Part shown: positions 1-9,880 of the stretch, in pieces
Numbering within the stretch: the stretch's first letter is position 1
Layout: the number at the start of each line of letters is the position of its first letter
Assembly: GCA_965140785.1 (NCBI GenBank)
Contig: OZ223480.1
Coordinates: 1-44,176 of the forward strand
Direction of reading: 5' to 3'
DNA length: 44,176 nucleotides
From: an uncultured Ruficoccus sp.
GTDB taxonomy: Bacteria; Verrucomicrobiota; Verrucomicrobiia; Opitutales; Cerasicoccaceae
Notes under the pieces: generated by a model
The model's database searches: none
Told to the model about the DNA's origin: nothing
What the model saw: the letters and a program-made list of their open reading frames with translations, nothing else
Program-made: the position numbers and the translations under genes

Positions 1-1341
1 TCAAAAGAAATACACCGGATTTGTAAAGATGCAAACAGTAACGATAACTGTATTGGTATCATTACCTGGATGCACACGTTCTCGCCTGCAAAAATGTGGA
101 TACACGGTTTACAGGAACTTCGTAAGCCAATTCTTCATTTGCACACGCAGTACAACAAAGAAATTCCATGGAACGATATCGACATGGACTTTATGAACCT
201 TAACCAGAGTGCACACGGCGACCGTGAATTTGGTCATATTATGGCTCGTATGCGCATGAACCGCAAAGTGGTTGTAGGTCATTGGCAAGATACTAAAACA
301 GTTAAAAAGATTGCAGTTTGGACACGTGTTGCTGCTGCTTTTGCCGATTCACGCGATATGTTAATCATTCGTTTTGGCGACCAAATGAACAACGTTGCTG
401 TAACCGATGGTGACAAAGTTGAAGCGGAAAGAGTTTTCGGATACCACGTAGATTACAGCCCTATTGGCGATTTGGTAAAAGTTCAGGACAACGTATCTGA
501 CGAAGAAGTTGCCGAGCTGGTAAAAGTTTACGAGCAAGAGTACGATTTTGCCGACAATTGTAAAGAAGGTGGAGAATTCCGCGCGCAGGTTGTTCATGCA
601 GCCCGAATTGAAATCGGTTTACGTCGTTTCCTTGAAGAAAAAGGTGCAAAAGCATTTACTACAAACTTTGATGATTTGGAAGGTGTTGATCAGTTACCAG
701 GTTTGGCATCGCAGCGTTTAATGGCCGATGGTTACGGTTTTGGTGCTGAAGGCGACTGGAAAACAGCGGCTTTGTGTCGTCAGATGTGGTTTATGAGTCA
801 GGAGCTTCCAGAATACAAAGGATGTTCGTTCCTTGAAGATTATACATTAAATTTCGACGGTGAAAAGAGCGCGATTCTGCAAGCTCACATGTTGGAGGTT
901 TGTCCGTTAATTGCCGATCATAAACCAAAATTAGAAGTTCACCCACTTGGAATTGGTGGTAAAAACGATCCTGCGCGTTTGGTATTTACAAGTAAAACAG
1001 GTCCTGGTGTTGCCGCTACTGTTGTTGATATGGGCGACCGTTTCCGTATGATTGTAAATACAGTGGATTGTATCGACTCAAAAGAATTGCCTAAACTTCC
1101 TGTAGCTAGTGCACTTTGGATTCCTCAACCTAACTTTGAAGTAGGTGCTGCAGCATGGATTTTTGCCGGTGGTACACACCACACCAGCTTCTCGTACGAC
1201 TTAACAACTGAGTACATGGAAGATTTTGCAGAAATGACAGGCGTAGAGTTTGTTTTAATCGACAATGGCACAACCATTTCGGAGTTCAAAAAAGAACTGC
1301 GTTGGAACGATCTTTACTATCATTTGGCCAAAGGATTATAA
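1..1341 (+). CDS. araA: L-arabinose isomerase (5' end outside window)
   Basis: Frame is open from base 1 (SKEIHRICKDANSNDNCIGIITWMHTFSPAKMW). AraA motifs WMHTFSPAKMW, MNLNQSAHGDREFG, GFGAEGDWK, AHMLEVCP, GGTHHT. Confidence 0.96.
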   Translation, partial: SKEIHRICKDANSNDNCIGIITWMHTFSPAKMWIHGLQELRKPILHLHTQYNKEIPWNDIDMDFMNLNQSAHGDREFGHIMARMRMNRKVVVGHWQDTKTVKKIAVWTRVAAAFADSRDMLIIRFGDQMNNVAVTDGDKVEAERVFGYHVDYSPIGDLVKVQDNVSDEEVAELVKVYEQEYDFADNCKEGGEFRAQVVHAARIEIGLRRFLEEKGAKAFTTNFDDLEGVDQLPGLASQRLMADGYGFGAEGDWKTAALCRQMWFMSQELPEYKGCSFLEDYTLNFDGEKSAILQAHMLEVCPLIADHKPKLEVHPLGIGGKNDPARLVFTSKTGPGVAATVVDMGDRFRMIVNTVDCIDSKELPKLPVASALWIPQPNFEVGAAAWIFAGGTHHTSFSYDLTTEYMEDFAEMTGVEFVLIDNGTTISEFKKELRWNDLYYHLAKGL

Positions 1342-1374
1342 TAGAAACTAAATCAAAAAAATAAATCAACTTTT

Positions 1375-3055
1375 ATGGAATTATTAGATTGGATTGTAAT
1401 TGGCCTGTTTGGTGTTGCACTTATCGGTGTTATCGTTTGGGTTTTAAGTCAGAAAGATGAAACTTCAGGTGACTATTTTCTGGCCGGACGAGATGCTTCA
1501 TGGCTTGCTATTGGAGCCTCTATTTTTGCTTCAAATATCGGATCTGAACACCTTATTGGATTAGCCGGTGCCGGAGCCTCAAGTGGTATGGCAATGGCAC
1601 ACTGGGAAATTCAGGGATGGATGATTCTTATTCTTGGTTGGGTGTTTGTTCCGTTTTACTCGCGAAGTATGGTGCTTACCATGCCCGAGTTTTTGGAGCG
1701 CCGCTATAACCCCGAGTCAAGAACTGTACTATCGCTTATTTCTTTAGTGAGTTATGTGCTTACAAAAGTTGCAGTAACCGTTTATGCTGGTGGATTGGTA
1801 TTCCAACAGGTTTTCGGTATCGAAACGATGTGGGGAATTGACTTCTTCTGGATTTCTGCTATTGGTCTGGTGCTGTTAACCGCTGTTTATACCATTTTCG
1901 GAGGAATGAAATCGGTGTTATACACCTCGGTACTTCAAACGCCGATTCTGCTTGGTGGCTCGCTGGTAATTGTGGTACTTGGTTTAAAAGCTGTTGGTGG
2001 CTGGGATCAGGTACTCGAAATTGCAGGTGCTACTAAGGTGAATGAATATGGCGATAGTATGATTAACCTGATAAGGGATAACCGCGATGCCGATTTTCCG
2101 TGGCTGGGTGCTTTAATCGGCTCCAGTATCATTGGGTTCTGGTATTGGTGTACCGACCAGTTTATTGTACAAAGGGTGCTTTCTGGTAAAAACGAAACTC
2201 ATGCCCGTAGAGGTACAATTTTTGGCGCTTACCTGAAATTATTACCGGTATTTTCTTTTCCTTATTCCTGGTATGATTGCTTATGCAATGAGTGCCAAAG
2301 GAAACGTAATGCTGAACGGCGAATTATATGTATTGCCAAGTGCCGATGCTGCTTTCCCATCGTTGGTGGCCCAGTTGCTGCCTGCCGGTATTAAAGGTCT
2401 GGTGGTATGTGGTATTCTTGCTGCTTTGATGAGTTCGCTGGCTTCGCTGTTTAACTCTTCAGCAATGTTGTTTACTATCGACTTCTACAAACGATTCAAA
2501 CCGGAAACTCCGGAGAAAAAGCTGGTGAAAATCGGTCAGGTTGCAACTGTTGTAATCGTAATTCTGGGTATTCTTTGGATTCCGATTATGAGAAGTATTG
2601 GCGATGTGCTTTACGAATACTTACAAGACGTACAGTCCGTTCTGGCTCCTGGTATTGCTGCAGCATTCCTTCTTGGTATTACTTGGAAACGTGCTTCTGC
2701 CAAAGGTGGATTCTGGGGACTGATGTCAGGATTTATAATTGGTATTACCCGTTTGGGGGCTAAAGTATATTACGAGAATGTTCAGGGGGCAGCCGACAAC
2801 TTGTTTAAAAGCCTGTTTTTCGATATGAACTGGTTGTTCTTCTGTGGTTGGATGTTCCTTGTATGTTTGGTAGTAGTTGCTGTTGTGAGTATGCTTACTG
2901 AAGCACCGAGCAAAGAAAAAATTCAGGGCTTGGTATTTGGAACGAATACTCCAGAGCAAAAAGCAGCTACCCGAGCCAGCTGGAATGGTTGGGATGTTTT
3001 CCATACTGTTGTGATTCTTGGATTAACAGTAGCCTTTTACATCTACTTTTGGTAG
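1375..3055 (+). CDS. Sodium:solute symporter (SSS family), probable arabinose transporter; one +1 frameshift near 2251
   Basis: SSS motifs YFLAGR, FASNIGSEH, WYWCTDQFIVQR, LAALMSSLASLFNS. ORFs 1375..2394 and 2273..3055 join as LLPVFLFLIPGMIA if one T is removed from the run at 2251-2254. Substrate is inferred from its position in the ara operon. Confidence 0.9.
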
Positions 3056-3073
3056 AATAAAAAAGAATAAATT

Positions 3074-3757
3074 ATGCTTGAACAGTTAAAAGAAGAAGTT
3101 TTTAAAGCGAATCTGGAACTGGTAGAACTCGACCTGGTAATTTTTACCTGGGGAAATGTGAGTGCTATTGATCGCGAAAAAGGTTTGGTGGTAATTAAGC
3201 CAAGCGGTGTTTCGTATGAAGATATGAAAGCCAGCGATATGGTAGTGGTTGACATGGAAGGAAATGTGGTAGAAGGTAATCTGAAACCATCGAGCGATAC
3301 CGCAACTCACCTGGTGCTTTACAAAGCTTTTGAAGGAATATCGGGAGTTGTACACACGCACTCGGCATGGGCAACCAGCTGGGCACAGGCCGGAAGAAGC
3401 ATTCCTGCTTTGGGTACAACACACGCCGATTATTTTTACGGTGCAATTCCATGTACACGTAAACTTACCGAGGAGGAAGTAACTACGGCATACGAAGTGG
3501 AAACCGGAAACGTAATTGTGGAAACTTTCGAGGGGCTCGATCCGGTTGCAATTCCGGGAGTTCTGGTAAATAACCACGGTCCGTTTTCGTGGGGAACAAG
3601 TGCACACAATGCCGTTCATAACGCAAAAGTTATGGAAGAAGTGGCAAAAATGGCACACACCGCATTGCAGTTGACTCCGGGAGCTGAGATCGATCAATTT
3701 TTATTAGATAAACATTACCTGCGTAAGCACGGTAAAAATGCATACTACGGACAGTAA
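3074..3757 (+). CDS. araD: L-ribulose-5-phosphate 4-epimerase
   Basis: [41 protein letters not shown] and C-terminal [15 protein letters not shown]. Confidence 0.96.
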   Translation: MLEQLKEEVFKANLELVELDLVIFTWGNVSAIDREKGLVVIKPSGVSYEDMKASDMVVVDMEGNVVEGNLKPSSDTATHLVLYKAFEGISGVVHTHSAWATSWAQAGRSIPALGTTHADYFYGAIPCTRKLTEEEVTTAYEVETGNVIVETFEGLDPVAIPGVLVNNHGPFSWGTSAHNAVHNAKVMEEVAKMAHTALQLTPGAEIDQFLLDKHYLRKHGKNAYYGQ

Positions 3758-3778
3758 TTGTCCATCAGAAAAAAAATC

Positions 3779-3832
3779 AAGGACGAAAAGTTGGTGGAGA
3801 AGTTAATTTTCCACCGGCTTTTGATCCTTTTT
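3779..3832 (+). terminator. Terminator-like hairpin between araD and araB
   Basis: AAGGA..AAAAGTTGGTGGAGAA pairs with TTTTCCACCGGCTTTT..TCCTT (with G-U pairs) and is followed by a T run. Confidence 0.5.
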
Positions 3833-3843
3833 AAACAAAAAAA

Positions 3844-5511
3844 ATGGCAAAATATACAATTGGACTGGATTATGGTTCTGATTCGGTTCGTTCATTAATC
3901 GTAAATGTAGAGACCGGCGAAGAGGTAGCAAGCGTTGTGTTTGAATACCCACGTTGGAAAAAAGGAGAATATTGCGATGCGCCAAACAACCAGTTTCGTC
4001 AGCATCCAAAAGATTATCTGGAAGGTTTGGAATACACCATCGTTGAGGCGCTGAAACAAGCTCCTGAAGGTGTAGCCGAAAATGTTGTGGGTATTTCTGT
4101 TGACACCACCGGATCGACTCCGGTAGCAGTTGACGAAAAAGGTACTCCACTGGCATTAACTCCGGGTTTTGAAGAAAATCCAAATGCGATGTTCGTACTT
4201 TGGAAAGACCATACTGCGGTGAAAGAAGCTGCAGAAATTAACGAATTAGCTAAAAAATCGGATATCGATTTCACCAAATACGAAGGTGGAATTTATTCAT
4301 CAGAGTGGTTTTGGGCCAAGTTATTGCATGTAACGCGCGAAGATGCAGGTGTTTACCGTGCAGCTTACTCGTGGGTAGAGCATTGCGACTGGATTCCGGC
4401 AGTTCTTACCGGAGATACAAATCCAAAAACATTAAAAAGAAGCCGTTGTGCAGCGGGTCATAAAGCCATGTGGCACGAAGCTTTTGGGGGTTTGCCATCA
4501 GAAGAATTCCTGACTCAGCTTGATCCGATGTTGAGCGGTTTGAAAGACCGTTTGTTTAAAGAAACATTTACCTGCGATGTATCGGCAGGAACATTGAGCG
4601 AAGAGTGGGCGAAAAAATTAGGCCTTTCAACCAGTGTGGTAATTGGGGTAGGAGCTTTTGATGCTCACCTTGGTGCTGTTGGTGCTCAAATCGAGCCTTA
4701 TCACTTGTCTAAAGTAATGGGTACATCAACCTGCGATATGTTGATTGCGCCGCTTGAAGAAGTGGGTGATAAGCTGGTAAACGGTATTTGTGGTCAGGTT
4801 GACGGATCAATCGTTCCCGGAATGTTAGGGTTGGAAGCCGGTCAGTCGGCATTTGGCGATATTTATGCCTGGTTCCGTCGTTTACTGGAATGGCCAATGC
4901 AAAATATTCTGGCCGATTCTGATTTGATTGATGAGGCTACCAAGAAAAAGCTGATCGATGAAACTTCAGGAAAGATCATCGCGAAATTAAGCCAGGAAGC
5001 TGAAAAAATATCGATTGCAGAAAGTGGAATCGTAGCACTTGATTGGATGAATGGTCGTCGTACTCCGGATGCCAACCAGGCATTAAAAGGAGCGATCATC
5101 GGTTTGAATCTGGGATCGGATGCACCACGTATTTTCAGAGCTTTGGTTGAAGCTACTGCTTTTGGTTCAAAAGCTATTAACGACCGCTTCATTTCTGAAG
5201 GAATTCGCATAGATGGCGTAATTGCATTGGGTGGCGTAGCTAAAAAATCGAAACTGGTAATGCAAATTGTTGCCGATGTGCTGGATATGCCAATTAAAGT
5301 GGCTCGTTCGGAACAGGCTTGTGCACTGGGTACTGCGATGGCAGCAGCAGTTGCAGCCGGTGTATACGAAAACCTTGGAGAAGCCCAGGCAAAAATGGGT
5401 GGCGGATTTGAAATGGAATACCATCCAATTCCTGAAAATGTAGAGAAATACAAAGAACTTTACGAGAAATACAATAAACTGGGTAAGTTTATTGAATTTG
5501 ATTTGAATTAA
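3844..5511 (+). CDS. araB: L-ribulokinase (FGGY family)
   Basis: IGLDYGSDSVR, VDTTGSTP, LWKDHTA, GGIYSSEWFWAK, RCAAGHKA, EAGQSAFGD, DWMNGRRTP; ara operon context. Confidence 0.95.
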   Translation: MAKYTIGLDYGSDSVRSLIVNVETGEEVASVVFEYPRWKKGEYCDAPNNQFRQHPKDYLEGLEYTIVEALKQAPEGVAENVVGISVDTTGSTPVAVDEKGTPLALTPGFEENPNAMFVLWKDHTAVKEAAEINELAKKSDIDFTKYEGGIYSSEWFWAKLLHVTREDAGVYRAAYSWVEHCDWIPAVLTGDTNPKTLKRSRCAAGHKAMWHEAFGGLPSEEFLTQLDPMLSGLKDRLFKETFTCDVSAGTLSEEWAKKLGLSTSVVIGVGAFDAHLGAVGAQIEPYHLSKVMGTSTCDMLIAPLEEVGDKLVNGICGQVDGSIVPGMLGLEAGQSAFGDIYAWFRRLLEWPMQNILADSDLIDEATKKKLIDETSGKIIAKLSQEAEKISIAESGIVALDWMNGRRTPDANQALKGAIIGLNLGSDAPRIFRALVEATAFGSKAINDRFISEGIRIDGVIALGGVAKKSKLVMQIVADVLDMPIKVARSEQACALGTAMAAAVAAGVYENLGEAQAKMGGGFEMEYHPIPENVEKYKELYEKYNKLGKFIEFDLN

Positions 5512-5535
5512 TAACCAAATAAATAAATAAAACCA

Positions 5536-6657
5536 ATGAAGTACTTAGGAATTATAGCTTTGATTATAATGTTTTTTGGCTGTGCGCAGGAAGAAGCCAC
5601 AGTGGGTATCTCAAGCGAAGATTTTGCTTTTGATTACAATGGAAAAGCCATTGAACTTTATACCTTAAAAAACGATAATGGCCTTGTTTGTCAGTTAACC
5701 AATTTTGGCGCAAGGGTGGTGAGTTTGTATACTCCCGACAAAAATGGCAAGTTAGCTGATGTTATTGTCGGTTATGGTTCGGGTAAAGATTATGTAGAAA
5801 AGCCGGCGAATTTTTACGGAGCGGTGATCGGTCGTTACGGTAATCGTATTGGCGGTGCTAAATTTTCGATTGACAGTGTTGAATACCAGTTACAGAAAAA
5901 CGATGGTGCGAATCATTTGCATGGTGGAACTAATGGCTTTCACCGCCAGGTTTGGGATGCAGAACAGATAAGCGATTCGGAAGTGGACTTTAGTTTGGTT
6001 TCGCCTGATATGGAAACTGGTTATCCGGGAACTGTAACAGTAAAAGTGAAATACCAGTTAACAGCTGCAAACGAGCTGAAAATTGAATATTTTGCCACTA
6101 CTGATAAAAAAACGGTACTAAATCTTACCAACCATTCGTATTTCAATTTAAAAGATGGTGGAAGAACTCCGATCATCGATCATTTGTTGTACCTGAATGC
6201 CGATTATTATACACCTGTTGATGGTGGCTTAATCCCAACAGGAGAGTTGGCAGCAGTTGCCGGAACACCATTCGATTTTACTACACTAAGAGTCATTGGC
6301 GACAGCATAAAAGTTGATAATGCACAGTTAAAACTTGGAGGAGGATACGACCACAACTGGGTATTAAATACAAATGACGATGTAAGCGCTTTGGCTGCAA
6401 AAGTTGTTGAGCCGGTGTCGGGTAGAGTAATGGAAGTATACACCAACGAGCCGGGTATTCAGTTTTACAGCGGTAACTTCATTAATGGGCGAATTGCAGG
6501 GAAAGAAGATATTAAATATGCTTTTAGAAGTGCATTATGTCTGGAAACACAACACTTCCCTGATAGTCCTAATAAACCTGAATTTCCAAGTGTTATTGTA
6601 AATCCGGGTGATAAGTACTATTCAGTTTGTATCTACAAATTTGGTGTTGAAAAATAG
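5536..6657 (+). CDS. Aldose 1-epimerase (mutarotase, GalM-like) with lipoprotein signal
   Basis: GRYGNRI, NHLHGG, NLTNHSYFNL, GYDHNW, QFYSGN, CLETQHFPDSPN; N-terminal hydrophobic stretch ending FFGC. Confidence 0.93.
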   Translation: MKYLGIIALIIMFFGCAQEEATVGISSEDFAFDYNGKAIELYTLKNDNGLVCQLTNFGARVVSLYTPDKNGKLADVIVGYGSGKDYVEKPANFYGAVIGRYGNRIGGAKFSIDSVEYQLQKNDGANHLHGGTNGFHRQVWDAEQISDSEVDFSLVSPDMETGYPGTVTVKVKYQLTAANELKIEYFATTDKKTVLNLTNHSYFNLKDGGRTPIIDHLLYLNADYYTPVDGGLIPTGELAAVAGTPFDFTTLRVIGDSIKVDNAQLKLGGGYDHNWVLNTNDDVSALAAKVVEPVSGRVMEVYTNEPGIQFYSGNFINGRIAGKEDIKYAFRSALCLETQHFPDSPNKPEFPSVIVNPGDKYYSVCIYKFGVEK

Positions 6658-6733
6658 GATACGATAGATTTTTTGTTTTAAGTTAATTAATAGTTAGTAA
6701 GGTTCTGATTTGTTTAGCAGGCAGGAAGAACCT

Positions 6734-6769
6734 AAAAAAAGGAGGTTGATTTCAACCTCCTTTTTGTTT
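6734..6769. terminator. Bidirectional rho-independent terminator
   Basis: A7-GGAGGTTGA-TT-TCAACCTCC-TTTTT between convergent genes. A second hairpin (AGGTTCT...AGAACCT, 6700-6733) lies just upstream. Confidence 0.85.
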
Positions 6770-7153
6770 TTACTTCACTCGTTTTAATGTTATTCCATCC
6801 GGTCCGCCTGGGCCACCAGGACCCTGAGGGCCGCCTTCCGGCATTTTTATCTTTAATTTAATTACTTCACCGTCCAGTTTTCCGGTGTGTTTAATGGTGC
6901 TGTCCATCATCTCAGTTTCAAATGAGAAGGAGTTGCCATCGACTTTTCCATTACTAATCTCCTGGTCCCCCATTGGAGTAGAAACGGTTCCGGTAAGTTT
7001 GTCACCGTTCACTTTAAAATTGAAAGTAATTACCATGTCGCCACCTGGCCCCATTGTTGCTTCCCATTTTCCGGTAATACCTTCGCTTGCTGTTGCACTG
7101 ATGCCTAACAAAAAGGTAAATAGCAATACTGAAGAAAATAAAATCTTTTTCAT
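6770..7153 (-). CDS. Small secreted hypothetical protein (predicted beta-rich)
   Basis: Likely start MKKILFSSVLLFTFLLGISATAS (Sec signal) at 7153; mature part ITGKWEAT...FNFKVNGDKLTGTV...NGKVDGNSFSF with a Gly/Pro-rich loop near the C-terminus. Confidence 0.75.
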   Translation of the reverse strand: MKKILFSSVLLFTFLLGISATASEGITGKWEATMGPGGDMVITFNFKVNGDKLTGTVSTPMGDQEISNGKVDGNSFSFETEMMDSTIKHTGKLDGEVIKLKIKMPEGGPQGPGGPGGPDGITLKRVK

Positions 7154-7261
7154 CGTTCTTAAATTTAAGTTATTAATATGTAGGTATTTGGTGTTGTAAA
7201 CTTTTAAAATACCCCACATCTTTACTATGGTCAACATAGTTATTAATTAATCAGCTATGGA

Positions 7262-7317
7262 GAGAATATAATAGAAGAATCTGGTATTTTTATCGATAGA
7301 AAAGGTGTTTTTATAGA
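7262..7317 (-). promoter_or_regulatory. Three direct repeats at 21-bp period upstream of the small secreted protein
   Basis: Plus strand GAGAATATAATAGA (7262-7275), GGTATTTTTATCGA (7283-7296), GGTGTTTTTATAGA (7304-7317). Confidence 0.5.
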
Positions 7318-7350
7318 AGCTGATAAAATCAGAATTAACACTTTTTCTAT

Positions 7351-8245
7351 TCATTGATTGATTATTGCCTGAATTTCATCCATGTCGTATTCCGGTGTTG
7401 CACCTGCTTTTGATGCCACAAAAGCTCCTGTTGCACAGGCAAAGGTAATAGCTTTTGCAAGCGGTTTATTTTGCAGGAAAGCTGCTACCAATCCGACAAG
7501 AAAAGCATCTCCTGCGCCAACGGTGTCAACTGCGTTTACTTTAAATCCCGGATGTTGGTAAATTTTGTTTTCATAATATATTGCTGCTCCTTTGTCGCCA
7601 CGGGTAACACAAAGCATTTCTACCTTGTAATGTTGCACAAACCATTTTATCATTTCTTCCTCGGTTTTGCCCTCAATTTTGTTCCAGTCGGCAAAAACAC
7701 GAAGTTCTTCATCATTTAGTTTTACGATATCCGATTTAGCCAGCAGAAGTTCCAGCACATCTTGTTTGTCGTATGGTTGGCGTAGGTTTACATCAATTAA
7801 TTTTACAGCATCATTATCCAGTAATCTCAAAAAGTGTTTCGCGTGTAGTTTGTTTGCGTGCAGCCAGCGAACCATAAATAATTAAACCCGCGCTTTGCGC
7901 TTTTTTAGCGAGATCATTTGTTAGTTGAATATTGTCCCAGGCTACCGGCTCGCAAATTTCATAGGTGGCATTGTTATTCTCGTCGAGGTGCACCAGAACT
8001 TCGCTGGTTGGCAATGTCTCATCGGTTTGAATTAGCGAGGTATCTACTCCGGATTTCTGCAAAAAGCAAAGAAGTTGTTTTCCTGCATCGTCGTTACCAA
8101 CCGAGCTGGCAATTGCTGCATTTATTCCTATTGCGTTAAGGTGTAACGCTACATTCATGGGGGCACCGCCGGGTTTGGCTCCCGACGGAAGCCGGTCCCA
8201 CAAAACCTCACCGAAACAAACTATTTCCTTGTTAGTTATATCCAT
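7351..8245 (-). CDS. PfkB-family carbohydrate kinase (fructokinase-like); +1 frameshift near 7830
   Basis: FGEVLWD, GGAPMNVA, IDVNLR, VKLNDEEL, DTVGAGDAF. Removing one base of the A run at 7829-7833 joins the two ORFs as TTRETLLRLLDND. Confidence 0.88.
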
Positions 8246-8385
8246 TTTAGACTGTCTAATGTAACAAGATAATAATTTCAGTTCAATTTATAGTCTTTTC
8301 GGAATGAACTGAGTTTAAGGTTTGGAGTAAAACCCTTCAGGCTTTTCTCTATATTGATGTGTTGATGATTTTGAAAAGGGTATGG

Positions 8386-8424
8386 AAAATAAAAAGAGGA
8401 CTTGACGGCCCTCTTTTTTATTTT
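8386..8424 (-). terminator. Rho-independent terminator downstream of the aldo/keto reductase
   Basis: AAAATAAAAAGAGG...CCTCTTTTTTATTTT inverted repeat, with T runs on both strands. Confidence 0.75.
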
Positions 8425-8495
8425 CTGAAGTATTGGATATTTGTACAACTACAACAGTTAAACATGATGTTGGGGGAGTAGCTTCTTTGAAAAAA

Positions 8496-9506
8496 CTATC
8501 TGCCGCTGCCCTGACGTTCGATCATCCAACCTGGGTATTCCGGAGACAGTTTACTTACTTCGTTTAATTGGTCGAGTTCTTCTGCTTCCAGTTTTACATC
8601 AACGGAACTTAAGTTATCCGCTAGTTGTTCAGGTTTATTAGCGCCAATAATTACTGACGTAACCGCGGGTTGATGCAGCAGCCACGACAAAGCGATTTGG
8701 GCCACAGTAACGCCTTTGTTGTCGGCAATTTTTCGCATAACATCCAATATGTCATAGGCTTTTTCTTTGTTCACAGGCGGAAAGTCGAAATTCACCCGTC
8801 GGCCTTCTTGTGTTTCCGTATCGCGGCTATATTTACCACTTAATAATCCTCCCGCCAGCGGACTCCAAACCATCAACCCCACTTTCTGGTCGAGAAGCAG
8901 AGGAACTAGTTCGCGTTCTAAATCGCGCCCGGCAATGGTGTAATAAGCTTGCAACGAAACAAATTTGCTCAGGTGTTGCTGTGCCGAAATACCCAGTGCT
9001 TTCATCAGCTGCCAGGCAGCCAGGTTGCTACAACCAATATACCTTACTTTTCCGCTTTTTACCAGCGAATCGAGTGCTTCAAGTGTTTCTTCAAGAGGTG
9101 TGAGCTTGTCGAAACCATGAATCTGGTACAGGTCGATGTAGTCCATGTTTAAGCGTGTTAAACTTTCGTTGGCTTGTTGCAGAATATGTTTTTTGCTCAG
9201 TCCTACTTCATTAGGGCCTTCACCCATTTGTCCGCGTACTTTTGTCGCTATCACAAGGTCGTCGCGTTTTAAGCCGAGGTTGCGGATGGCCTGCCCGGTC
9301 ATTTGTTCGCTCAAACCTTCGCTGTAAATATTGGCAGTGTCAATAAAATTTATTCCACCGTCAACTGATTGTTTAACAAGACTATTCACTTGTTCCTGTG
9401 GCAGAGTGCCAATAGCTGTCCACATACCGCGGCCACCAAATGTCATGGTGCCCAAACAAAGTTCTGATACGTATAATCCTGTGTTTCCTAATAAATTGTA
9501 CTTCAT
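8496..9506 (-). CDS. Aldo/keto reductase (aryl-alcohol dehydrogenase-like)
   Basis: LCLGTMTFG, FIDTANIY, IATKV, YIDLYQIH, GKVRYIGCSN, WSPLAGGLLSGKY. Confidence 0.93.
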   Translation of the reverse strand: MKYNLLGNTGLYVSELCLGTMTFGGRGMWTAIGTLPQEQVNSLVKQSVDGGINFIDTANIYSEGLSEQMTGQAIRNLGLKRDDLVIATKVRGQMGEGPNEVGLSKKHILQQANESLTRLNMDYIDLYQIHGFDKLTPLEETLEALDSLVKSGKVRYIGCSNLAAWQLMKALGISAQQHLSKFVSLQAYYTIAGRDLERELVPLLLDQKVGLMVWSPLAGGLLSGKYSRDTETQEGRRVNFDFPPVNKEKAYDILDVMRKIADNKGVTVAQIALSWLLHQPAVTSVIIGANKPEQLADNLSSVDVKLEAEELDQLNEVSKLSPEYPGWMIERQGSGR

Positions 9507-9880
9507 GATATATGTTTTTTACATTAGTAAAATGATCATCTTTTATCTCATACTTTCATTTTTGTAAAACGATTAAATGCATAAGAGTGAAAATGATTGC
9601 TGATTCGATTTTACGATTTGTTGGTTTTAGATCATCTGTAATTATTCTGTCGTCAGTGCCGACTCATATTGCAATTTTTCACTGCTCATAGAATTAGAAT
9701 TCCGAAAGAAAAGAATCCTATTTTCAAAATATTTGTGAGTAATAAACTCTATTGGTGTAATTTAATACTTTACTGTCTTTTTTGCAAGGAATAGGAGGGA
9801 TTCCTTAAAAATTGGCTCTTACGCATGGCGACATCGAATATGATTATCCTCAGATCTAATAATGTGAAGCCAATTATTTA

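Noticed and set aside
6800..6842. GC-rich repetitive patch
   Set aside because: It encodes the Gly/Pro loop (PEGGPQGPGGPGGP) of the small secreted protein; not a DNA repeat element.
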